A stretch of DNA of 63,992 bases, filler included, from Candidatus Woesearchaeota archaeon (GTDB taxonomy: Archaea > Nanobdellota > Nanobdellia > Woesearchaeales > B72-G16): assembly GCA_003650545.1 (NCBI GenBank). It is 4 parts of 4 records of this genome, joined end to end, with 100 filler letters (N's around TTAATTAATTAA, not from the genome) between each part and the next. Parts side by side here need not be neighbours in the genome. Positions count along the whole stretch, not along the records: positions 40,764 to 60,580 come from QMQO01000025.1; 3 more parts are not named here. One strand, given 5' to 3'. Below the pieces are notes generated by a model. That model did not search any database. It was not told where the DNA came from and worked only from the letters and a program-made list of their open reading frames with translations. A program made the translations under genes and the position numbers. Positions 42,842-51,008 of the stretch are shown here, piece by piece (within the stretch, counting starts at the first letter, position 1; every line of letters starts with the position of its first letter).

Positions 42842-43381
42842 TCATGCCACTCTCACATAAACCTGCGATTTAAGTCGTTCAATTGCTTTTAATGCCATTT
42901 CATAGAACATCATTGCTTTTTCTTTGCCCCGTGCAAGAGATCCATACGCTAATGATGCAGCAAGAAGCGTTGCAGCGTGACTTGCAATTTTAAATTCTGG
43001 CGTGTCGCTGGTGTAGCCGTAGGTGTATGTGATTTCAATGATTTTTTCGCCTGAATCAACAGTGTCGCTGAATTTAATCATTCCAACGTTATGATAAACG
43101 TAGTAGTCTTCGTTTTCAGTTTTCTGTTCACCATTGATTTTAAGGCTGGTTACATTGATGATCGGCTGATTATTCACGAAGATTTTATCGACGCCGCCAT
43201 CAAAATATTCGGTTGCGCTGGGCGGTGTTTCTCCATTTGCAGTGTCAACGAAAGTTTTGTTCGTCCAGTTCTTGATGAGGTGTTCGGCTTGATTAATAAT
43301 TGATTGTAGTGTAGTGTCGTCGATGACGTCGGCTTCTATGCCTGCGATTGCCCTTACATCACTAATTGTTGTTAACGTCAC
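42842..43381 (-). CDS. Head-tail adaptor
   Basis: TTISDVR start, EYFDG, PIINVTSL and ITYTYGY; directly after the MCP. Confidence 0.7.
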   Translation of the reverse strand: MTLTTISDVRAIAGIEADVIDDTTLQSIINQAEHLIKNWTNKTFVDTANGETPPSATEYFDGGVDKIFVNNQPIINVTSLKINGEQKTENEDYYVYHNVGMIKFSDTVDSGEKIIEITYTYGYTSDTPEFKIASHAATLLAASLAYGSLARGKEKAMMFYEMALKAIERLKSQVYVRVA

Positions 43382-43515
43382 TTCAAATCACCATTGAGCG
43401 TTTATAAAAATAGTGAAGGCTGGGCCGACGTGCTGCGGCCCATATAAATTCATCTACGCCGGGCGCCAATAAACCGGCGGATACTCACGTAAAACAGTGT
43501 TTGAGTTTCGCTTGC

Positions 43516-45837
43516 TTATGCAGTGATGATCTCAACGATTGCCTTGTCAAATAAAACGTCAACGCCAAACCTGTGAGTTGCAACGATCTTTAGCTGTCTC
43601 TTACCGATTTCTTTCTGTGTTTCTACTAGTAATTCGCGTTTTGGAGCTAGAACTACTGCGTCGCGCCTCATGAGAAAGGCGTGATAACAGGTGACTCCAC
43701 CAGCATTTTCAGTTGTTGGAACCTTGCTTGATAATACGATTGGTATGCCCATGATTGAGTCCATTACAACTTTTCCGCCAGCGACACCGGCCTTACTAGC
43801 ATCCTTAAACCATTGTAATGAATTATTTAAATCGTGCCATTGCTTTGGTGACAGTACGAGTACGAGGTCGCTTGGAGTTACATCATATCCATTATCGGCA
43901 ATAGTCTTAAGAGCTTTTAATACGAGGTCAGCGGTGAAAGTATCGGCAGAATCAATTGAGTCAACATCAGTTGCATCTCCACCATAAATTTCAGTTATAT
44001 TCGTATCAGCCTTGAGAGTTGACAGTATAACTTCGTCTTCCTTGAGCTTAGCGGCTTTAGCGAGGCCAGCATTTATTGCTCTTATAAGCTCTTCGCCGAG
44101 ATCCTCAATGTCTTGATAATCAATGGTGCCGACTAAACCGTATTCGTTCAATGTTACTTCAACTGCGCTTACAGTCCAAGTAGTATCGGATGGCTCAGTT
44201 CCCTTCGTGAGCTGAGCGAACTCTGGAACAGTTATTTTTCTTATTCTTACTCTATCGCCTTGAGTTACTTGAACTACTCTTACAGCGCTCCTTAAGTTTG
44301 CAATAAGTCCAATTGGCTCCGCTTCAATTTCAGTCTTCCACGTTACTTGAGTTACACCAGTGCCAATAGATACAGCTTCTCTAAGATCCTTGACTGTCTT
44401 TAGAATTGGATCCTTCTCTTCCATCACAACACCCTTTCCTGCCTTCTCTTCTACCTTCTCCATTTTCTCCTCACCCTCAACCTTTTCTACTTCTTTTTTG
44501 CCCCCCACAGATTCCACAGCCGACGTGGGGGCAACCGTCGGCTGCGGCTCCTCAAGTTGATGAGGAGCATGAACCTCGTCACTTACTTCAAGCATTTCCT
44601 TGAATTCTGGCGGCTCTTTGTCGAACTGCTCATAGTGTGCACGTAAATGCTCATAAACTGCCCTTCGATCCTTAGCTGGAATATTGACGCCGCCACGCGC
44701 ACCCATCAATGCAGCCATAGCCGCAGCAACGCCGCGCCAAACGACGACAAGTTTACCGTCGATCACGTCGTGATGCGGCAATTTGTATGAGCCGAAGTTT
44801 TCCGGATCATTCTCGTCATACCATGCAAATGCCATTCGATATTTTCGCCAATCAATCTTGTCTTTATCGCCGGATCCATCACTACTTGCCCATTTTCGTA
44901 TTCTTGTGATTGCAGCGGTTTTATCCCACTCTCGTTCTTCAGGTGCCTTCGGCGTTTTATGTTTTGGTGGAACGGCTTCAGCAACTTCTTTGTCATTATT
45001 GTAGTTTTCTAGGCTAATTGTAACGTTGACTTGGGCTTCTGGGCCGACATCAATGTTTGCTTGTGGCTCGGAGGCTGCTGGCTCAACCTCAATTTTCGGC
45101 TCTGGCTTTTCAGCAACTGTCGGTTTAGCTTCAATATTGGGTTCTTTCACTTCTTTCAGGGAAACTTCTTCCTTTTCTTTCCCTTTCTCCTCAACTTTCT
45201 CTTGTTTTTTCTCACTCATATTCTCACAACAAACAAGTTTTTCAATGACCATGATATTCGCATGTGGATCGCCGGGCACGGCGACAAGTGAAAGCTCACA
45301 AAAACGAAGATTACGCGGTACACGAATACCATCAAGATAATCTATAAGCTCATAATCAGCTGCAATACTTACATGCTTAATAACACCGGCCCGAATCTTA
45401 TCGGCAACCTCATCATCATAAATTTCAGCTTCAAAAACAATTGCCCGCTCATCTTCATCCCAATAAGCATTCACGACTTTGCCAACCGCATTATTCACGT
45501 CAACATGCTCCAAGTAAACCGGCACGCCAATGAGGCTTTGAGCCGCCTTTTTCAACTCAGTCTCTAAATATAAATTCCAGTTGCGAGTTGCACCGGCATG
45601 AATGGCATAGCCGCGAATCCTTAATGGCTTAACATCAAGACGAAACTTCTCAAATGATATTCGCCATTCTCTTCGAAATTTCTGGAGCTGCGGCTCAATT
45701 GGCTTTGTCTCGTCAAGCATATATTTGTTGAGCCACATGCGATAATATTCTTCACCTTTTTCTTCACCATATATTTCGATGAAGTTGCGATAAATTGTCT
45801 CAAAGTCGGGATGACGATTAGGCGGCATAAAACTCAC
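43516..45837 (-). CDS. Prohead protease / scaffold / HK97-fold major capsid fusion
   Basis: Protease motifs IRGYA, LEH, VSI and ELSLVAVPGDP; acidic linker; C-terminal MCP (LVLSPKQW, IMGIPIVLS, HRFGV). Confidence 0.85.
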   Translation of the reverse strand: MSFMPPNRHPDFETIYRNFIEIYGEEKGEEYYRMWLNKYMLDETKPIEPQLQKFRREWRISFEKFRLDVKPLRIRGYAIHAGATRNWNLYLETELKKAAQSLIGVPVYLEHVDVNNAVGKVVNAYWDEDERAIVFEAEIYDDEVADKIRAGVIKHVSIAADYELIDYLDGIRVPRNLRFCELSLVAVPGDPHANIMVIEKLVCCENMSEKKQEKVEEKGKEKEEVSLKEVKEPNIEAKPTVAEKPEPKIEVEPAASEPQANIDVGPEAQVNVTISLENYNNDKEVAEAVPPKHKTPKAPEEREWDKTAAITRIRKWASSDGSGDKDKIDWRKYRMAFAWYDENDPENFGSYKLPHHDVIDGKLVVVWRGVAAAMAALMGARGGVNIPAKDRRAVYEHLRAHYEQFDKEPPEFKEMLEVSDEVHAPHQLEEPQPTVAPTSAVESVGGKKEVEKVEGEEKMEKVEEKAGKGVVMEEKDPILKTVKDLREAVSIGTGVTQVTWKTEIEAEPIGLIANLRSAVRVVQVTQGDRVRIRKITVPEFAQLTKGTEPSDTTWTVSAVEVTLNEYGLVGTIDYQDIEDLGEELIRAINAGLAKAAKLKEDEVILSTLKADTNITEIYGGDATDVDSIDSADTFTADLVLKALKTIADNGYDVTPSDLVLVLSPKQWHDLNNSLQWFKDASKAGVAGGKVVMDSIMGIPIVLSSKVPTTENAGGVTCYHAFLMRRDAVVLAPKRELLVETQKEIGKRQLKIVATHRFGVDVLFDKAIVEIITA

Positions 45838-47240
45838 TCCTTAAACATAAACTCGAAAACAAGCGGAAACTGATCACTATACCACATTTTTGCCTTCGAA
45901 AGATCCCACTCGGCTTTAGACTTGTCAAATATGATTGCACAAACCCATCGTCGGCCGCCGGTGCCCGTGACTTTCGCAACCATAATTTTTATACCTTGAT
46001 TAGCGTCAATTGAATAGTATCTTATGCTTGACTTGTCAATCCGGTTAGGATCAACAAGAATAAGCATAACTTGTTTCGGTGTTTCAACCCACTTTGCACG
46101 ATAGCCGAGCGCCTCTTTAGTCTCAGCTTCAGTTTCTTCTTCAATTGGAAATCCCATTTTCTGAAGCCACTTGCGGGCCGTCGATGTGTTGATGATGCTT
46201 ATTTCTGGCTTGACGAGTTGTGCAATATCGTTAAGCGTTAATTCATCAAGTTTGGTGCGTGGGAAGCCCCAATTCAGACGCGGTACTTCAGTTAAATCAT
46301 AACCTTCAATGAGTGGCTTGAAAATTTCGCTTTCAACTTTACGCTTAATATATCGCTGTAAACCGGCAACATGGCGCTCAACGGCTTCAAGCATTGCTCG
46401 GGCCGACGCTTCAGTTGCATTACGCAAATAACTTAAGAGCGGCGCGCCTAAACCCTCAAAAATATTGCGTTCAAGATATTCAATAAAATCAGCAAATCTT
46501 AATCGCGGATCAATCTCAATAACCTCATGTTGAATGTCGCCGCTTACAATTGGATCTTCATCCGGATCTAAATTGTTAAGAACAATTTTGAGGCTTTCAA
46601 CACTTGCCTCATCGCCGCATTTCCAAATTACTTTAGGTGCAGCATAGCGGTGAATGATTTTTTCCATATCTTCATTAAATTGCTTCTTAATCTCCAAGAA
46701 TTTAAGAACGGGTTTAATCATTGAAATGCCGTAGGCTTTCGTGCCGATTTCAAGATATTTTAAATGCACGATTTCTTCAGGTTTGAATTGTATTTCGCGG
46801 CCCGCGACAAGCTGCACATATCCTTCAATAACACCGTGCTCGTCACGTTTTACGCGAATATTCGTTGACGGTAACAATTTAATGTTAAGGAGTTTTTTAC
46901 CGTCAAAAACTTTTTCGATATACGCGTTGCCATAAATGAGCATGTTGCGAGTTGCTCTAAGAAGTAAGCCGTCAAGATTTACTTTAGCTGCAAATTCATC
47001 GACAATCTGCTTTGCACGCTCATCTTCACATGAAGTGTAGTAGCCGACGCCGGCAACCATTTCAGCGATGAAGTCAACGGCGGCCCGCACAACCGGATCA
47101 TTCAAATAGTAATACTCGTAAGTGCTGGGATCATCTTCAGGTGGCTCACCATAGTATTTGAAGAGGCTTGCAGCTGAGTCAACAATGCCTTTTTGCTTTT
47201 TAATTCTGAAAAATTTCTTTACGCGCTCAATAAAACTCAA
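45834..47240 (-). CDS. Portal protein with extra C-terminal domain
   Basis: DPVVRAAVD, IYGNAY, FKPEEIVHLK and YGIS. Confidence 0.9.
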   Translation of the reverse strand: MSFIERVKKFFRIKKQKGIVDSAASLFKYYGEPPEDDPSTYEYYYLNDPVVRAAVDFIAEMVAGVGYYTSCEDERAKQIVDEFAAKVNLDGLLLRATRNMLIYGNAYIEKVFDGKKLLNIKLLPSTNIRVKRDEHGVIEGYVQLVAGREIQFKPEEIVHLKYLEIGTKAYGISMIKPVLKFLEIKKQFNEDMEKIIHRYAAPKVIWKCGDEASVESLKIVLNNLDPDEDPIVSGDIQHEVIEIDPRLRFADFIEYLERNIFEGLGAPLLSYLRNATEASARAMLEAVERHVAGLQRYIKRKVESEIFKPLIEGYDLTEVPRLNWGFPRTKLDELTLNDIAQLVKPEISIINTSTARKWLQKMGFPIEEETEAETKEALGYRAKWVETPKQVMLILVDPNRIDKSSIRYYSIDANQGIKIMVAKVTGTGGRRWVCAIIFDKSKAEWDLSKAKMWYSDQFPLVFEFMFKE

Positions 47241-47332
47241 CTTTTCTTCCTCACAAACGGATTTTTTGCTTTATCAATGACTGTTTTCTGTGACCTTAGA
47301 AACTTGAAGAAGCGCTTGAATTGCTTGTTCAT
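47237..47332 (-). CDS. 31-aa basic peptide between terL and portal
   Basis: MNKQFKRFFKFLRSQKTVIDKAKNPFVRKKS; its TGA overlaps the portal TTG. Confidence 0.45.
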   Translation of the reverse strand: MNKQFKRFFKFLRSQKTVIDKAKNPFVRKKS

Positions 47333-47365
47333 CTCATAAATTATAATTGTCATAAGACAAGTTTC
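47332..47365 (-). promoter_or_regulatory. 34-bp repeated motif, copy A (candidate late promoter/operator)
   Basis: 31/34 identical to 51908-51941; TTGTC-N4-GACAA palindrome followed by a TATA-like box. Confidence 0.6.
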
Positions 47366-48726
47366 TAGAAAATTTTCTTCGCCTTATCAACAAAAATTCG
47401 CGGCTTAGTAAATGCAGCATAAACAGCTAACGCGAAAGCCCAAAGCCGATCGTCATGCGTTCCAGCAGGATGATAAAATTTTATGCGGCCATCCTTAGTA
47501 AGCTCAAACTTCTCAACATTTAATTCAGCAATGAGATCCTTATCATACGGAATCTTAACTAAGCCTTCTTGCATCTTCGCTTTCAGTAAACTCATTATTT
47601 CCTCTTTACGCGGCAATGTTAAGGTAATGCCGGTGACGTTTGATAAGCCGGCCCGCTTCATATCCTCAGTAATATATTCGCCAACACCTGTAACATCAGT
47701 ATAGATTCGCCGCACAAATTTCCAGCGATCATAAAGCGTCTTTACATAACCGATGACTGAAGCATAAGGCGTTTCAAGTGGAAATCTATGTAAGTGAATA
47801 AGCTTAACAACATCATTCTCTTTTTCAACAACTGTAACAACTGAATAATCGACTTTCTTACCGAAGTCAATACCAATATAGAGATCTTTACTGGTTATAC
47901 GCGCATCAAACGAATAATAATCAAGCTCAGCATCAATACACTTAGCAATTAAGTCTTGCGTCAACCATGAATCTTCATCTTCAACAAATTCAGCTTCAAA
48001 CTCCATTTTGAAACGCTGTGCCGGCAACTGTCGTTTCATCTCCTCAATAAAATCAAGACTTACAAGGCCGCATTTTACAACTTCGCGCCAATCTAGGAAA
48101 TGTTTGCTAAAGTTTGGATCAATACACATTTTGTAGAAAACTGAGTCGGTGCCCCAAGGCGTTGAACTCACAATAAGCGTGCCATCCGTCGTGCTAAGCA
48201 TTGGATAAAGAACTGAATAAAAAATGTCTTCATCATCTTTGAAAAATGCGGCTTCATCTGTAATTACTTGATGAGCCGTATAACCTCGCAAAAGATGAAC
48301 CGAACATGGAAGCGCGACAATTTGAGATCCATTCTTAAACCTTATGACGGTTCGCAGCATTTTTAAAACAAGCTGTCGGCGAAGATCTTTAGGCAAGCTT
48401 AGTAAGAAGCCGTGAATCTTATCCATCATGATCATGCTTTGACGTTTTGATGGTGCAACAATAAGCGTTAAAGTTTTCGGGTGAGTAACTGCAAACCAAA
48501 TGGCGCGGGCTGCAATTGTCGTTGACTTACCGCTCTGACGCGGCCACTTCACAACAATACGCTTAGATTGATCCCGCAACAACTTTTCTTGATAAGGCAA
48601 CGGCTTAAAACCAAGAATCTTCACGCAAAACTCAACCGGATCACTCGGCAACTTAACACGCTTATATTGTTGTTTAAGCAATTTATCAATGATTTTTGTA
48701 AGTCGTTCAAGCTCGGTTCGACTCAT
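47365..48726 (-). CDS. terL: Terminase large subunit
   Basis: Walker A RQSGKS, Walker B ITDEAA, STP, and nuclease GIDFG and HDD. Confidence 0.95.
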   Translation of the reverse strand: MSRTELERLTKIIDKLLKQQYKRVKLPSDPVEFCVKILGFKPLPYQEKLLRDQSKRIVVKWPRQSGKSTTIAARAIWFAVTHPKTLTLIVAPSKRQSMIMMDKIHGFLLSLPKDLRRQLVLKMLRTVIRFKNGSQIVALPCSVHLLRGYTAHQVITDEAAFFKDDEDIFYSVLYPMLSTTDGTLIVSSTPWGTDSVFYKMCIDPNFSKHFLDWREVVKCGLVSLDFIEEMKRQLPAQRFKMEFEAEFVEDEDSWLTQDLIAKCIDAELDYYSFDARITSKDLYIGIDFGKKVDYSVVTVVEKENDVVKLIHLHRFPLETPYASVIGYVKTLYDRWKFVRRIYTDVTGVGEYITEDMKRAGLSNVTGITLTLPRKEEIMSLLKAKMQEGLVKIPYDKDLIAELNVEKFELTKDGRIKFYHPAGTHDDRLWAFALAVYAAFTKPRIFVDKAKKIF

Positions 48727-49334
48727 AAAAATCGCCTTAATTGTGATTGGTTTGTTAATTCGATAATTGCATTCTTAAAGTTTAGAAGATTTATTTTAAA
48801 CAATTCTTCGTTTGTTAATTTGTTTATTGGCCGAGTGTGCTTTTTCCATCCTTGCCATATCAAACCATTTTTGACGAAAAAAGACGGTATTGTCGTGTCA
48901 AATCCATCAAAATTTAAAATTATTTCCGGCTTCTTTCCCATCCAACCTAAAAACCAACGTTTTTTATCTTTTGTAAATTCTAAAAATTCATTTAATGAAT
49001 AATCACGTGTAACCAATCCTTTTAAACATGGTTTTCGTGGAAAAGCAACCCACTCAAAATTTTGAGCAAAATTAAGTTCACTTTTAAAATGAAGCGGAAA
49101 AATCCAATTTATATGTGAAAATTTTTTAAGAAGCCATAATAAATCATAACGAAAATCAGGATAAACTACAAATTTAACTTCATTACCATATTCAACTAAA
49201 ATTTTAAGTAGTTTCTTCACATTTGGTTTACCAAAACGAACAAATTCATTGTCAACAAACTCCGGAAAAGTAAGAAAACCAAGCTCTTTCACATATTTTA
49301 TTTGATAATAATAACATGGTATTGCAATAATCAT
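48723..49334 (-). CDS. TGT/DpdA-like TIM-barrel protein (AT-rich insert)
   Basis: Ordered motifs FVDN, VVYPD, IFPLH, WVAF, WFLG and GFDTT parallel the transglycosylase barrel strands. RBS GGTGTGA precedes the ATG at 49334. Confidence 0.5.
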   Translation of the reverse strand: MIIAIPCYYYQIKYVKELGFLTFPEFVDNEFVRFGKPNVKKLLKILVEYGNEVKFVVYPDFRYDLLWLLKKFSHINWIFPLHFKSELNFAQNFEWVAFPRKPCLKGLVTRDYSLNEFLEFTKDKKRWFLGWMGKKPEIILNFDGFDTTIPSFFVKNGLIWQGWKKHTRPINKLTNEELFKINLLNFKNAIIELTNQSQLRRFL

Positions 49335-49413
49335 AATCACACCTAGAGTATTTTGGTTGGAATATTCTTGTGAGACGCTCAAGTTCACTTCGACTCATAA
49401 AATCACCAGAAAT

Positions 49414-49522
49414 ATTGGGCCGGAGGGCCTGAATCTGTGATGAAAACCAGGCTAGATGATTGGTGATTTAAGGCTTAGCAACCGAGGCACCTGCAGCCAG
49501 CGGGATACCCTTCCGGCCCAAT
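49414..49522 (+). ncRNA. Candidate box C/D guide sRNA 2 inside an 11-bp outer stem
   Basis: GTGATGA-12 nt-ATGA-ttg-GTGATTT-12 nt-CCGA (49437-49485), enclosed by ATTGGGCCGGA/TCCGGCCCAAT. Confidence 0.6.
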
Positions 49523-49636
49523 TCAATATTTTCTTAGAACGTAGTATAAATTTATTCTGGTTGGAATATGCTGATGAGAATGTGAAGAGATCCCTCCCTT
49601 CATTGAGGCCCTACATGCCTCTCTGGTGAGGATCAT

Positions 49637-49918
49637 CTATTCCATCATCTCTTCGAGGAGCTTTAGTTTTTCTTTGAGTAATTCGAGTTGCTTCTTTATG
49701 TCTTGCTCGTCATAGCTGTTGAGTATTGAGTTTATTGTTTGAGCAATATATGCAGCAAGCCTTGCCCACTTTTCCCTTCGCTTCACATTGAGTCTTTTAT
49801 CTGTTGAGTAGCGATAACAAATGTCAAAAAGCTCCTTAAGTTTCTCAATTATTTTTTCACGTTCAAGCTGCGTGTCAATAGCCATTAAACTCTCAAATAC
49901 GCTTTTCATTTCACTCAC
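49637..49918 (-). CDS. Putative terminase small subunit
   Basis: Small helical protein with a coiled-coil end upstream of terL; positional call only. Confidence 0.5.
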   Translation of the reverse strand: MSEMKSVFESLMAIDTQLEREKIIEKLKELFDICYRYSTDKRLNVKRREKWARLAAYIAQTINSILNSYDEQDIKKQLELLKEKLKLLEEMME

Positions 49919-49919
49919 C

Positions 49920-50096
49920 TTAAATCACCTTCTTCACTTTTCGCTTTACTTCGCGGATTTGCTCGCGCACTGTTTCAATTTCGCTTTCATAGTCGAAGTC
50001 GAAGGCCTGCCAAATTTTTAGCTGCATTTCCGGCTTATCCATCGGGTTATAGAATTTTTCGAATAGTCTTAATGCGAGGGGTTTTCGAACTCCCAT
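49920..50096 (-). CDS. 58-aa hypothetical protein (below ORF-track cutoff)
   Basis: GGGGAG RBS; MGVRKPLALRLFEKFYNPMDKPEMQLKIWQAFDFDYESEIETVREQIREVKRKVKKVI; fills the gap exactly. Confidence 0.65.
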   Translation of the reverse strand: MGVRKPLALRLFEKFYNPMDKPEMQLKIWQAFDFDYESEIETVREQIREVKRKVKKVI

Positions 50097-50758
50097 TCAA
50101 CTACTCCCCGCGTCAACTTATCATATTTTTTAAGTTTCTTCACGTCTTCAAAATACTCTTGATCATCAAACCATGCAAAACCATCATAAATAATGCCGCG
50201 ATAACCGCGTTCTGCTGCTGCTTTATCGATGATCGGCAATGGATTAGGGCCGGCAGTAGTTTCTATAATACATATTTTATTCTTATATGTCGTTTCAACC
50301 CACGCATGAAAACCTAAGAACTGTTTTGTTTTTGCGTCGATGATCGCGCCTAACACAACTTTACACGGTATGTTTTTCGCTAAGAGTAGTGAAGCAAGAA
50401 GTAATGATGTGTCAATACATAAGCCGTATTTGACTCTGAGGGTTTGGGCCGGCTTCAACCAGCCATATTTTGAGCTTAATTCGAAATGATAGATTGGGCC
50501 GGCTGCTTTGAAGATTAAGACTTTCCGCTCAGTTGACGGCTTACCTTTCCACGTGAATGGATATTTGATTAGGCGGCATACGGTTCGTGTTGCTTCTTCG
50601 ATGATCCGGTCGGGATCTTTATGTCTTATGCGTTTTACAATGTCTAGTACGGCAGGATTATCTTTTTGAATGTAGTCAAAAATATAGTCGAGTTCGCTGA
50701 CAAGGCCGTAATTAACGGTGATTGGCTTTGAATTGCGAGTATAACGTTTAAGCGTCAT
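50069..50758 (-). CDS. Transglutaminase-like cysteine protease
   Basis: GLCIDTSLLLASLL, HAWVE and IIETT (Cys-His-Glu triad). Start placed at MTLKR. Confidence 0.8.
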   Translation of the reverse strand: MTLKRYTRNSKPITVNYGLVSELDYIFDYIQKDNPAVLDIVKRIRHKDPDRIIEEATRTVCRLIKYPFTWKGKPSTERKVLIFKAAGPIYHFELSSKYGWLKPAQTLRVKYGLCIDTSLLLASLLLAKNIPCKVVLGAIIDAKTKQFLGFHAWVETTYKNKICIIETTAGPNPLPIIDKAAAERGYRGIIYDGFAWFDDQEYFEDVKKLKKYDKLTRGVVEWEFENPSH

Positions 50759-50762
50759 GTTT

Positions 50763-50978
50763 TCACACTTCAAAAAGTTTTGCAAATAATACAATGAAAC
50801 TGAGAAGAATAACGAAAATCGTCAAAAGTAGATAAGCTGAAATTGTAATGTAAACTAAGAAGATGATCCAGCCGGGCAATGATCCAGGCCGAAAAACATC
50901 AATTAAAATAAGTGCAATCAGCAAAATAAAGAATGCAAGCGTGTTAAAGTCAAATTCAACTTTCCTATCACTTTCCAT
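50763..50978 (-). CDS. Small two-TM membrane protein
   Basis: Two hydrophobic helices. Confidence 0.65.
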   Translation of the reverse strand: MESDRKVEFDFNTLAFFILLIALILIDVFRPGSLPGWIIFLVYITISAYLLLTIFVILLSFIVLFAKLFEV

Positions 50979-51008
50979 GATGATCCCACCAAAATGGTGG
51001 TGGGGGGT

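Noticed and set aside
43445..43515. Hammerhead ribozyme (GAAAC..GUA on the minus strand)
   Set aside because: The required CUGANGA core is absent (UAGAUGA instead) and no stem II forms.
49575..49655. H/ACA-like hairpin ending in ACA after terS
   Set aside because: Stems exist, but the pocket-to-ACA distance is about 21 nt rather than 14-16 and no k-turn is evident.
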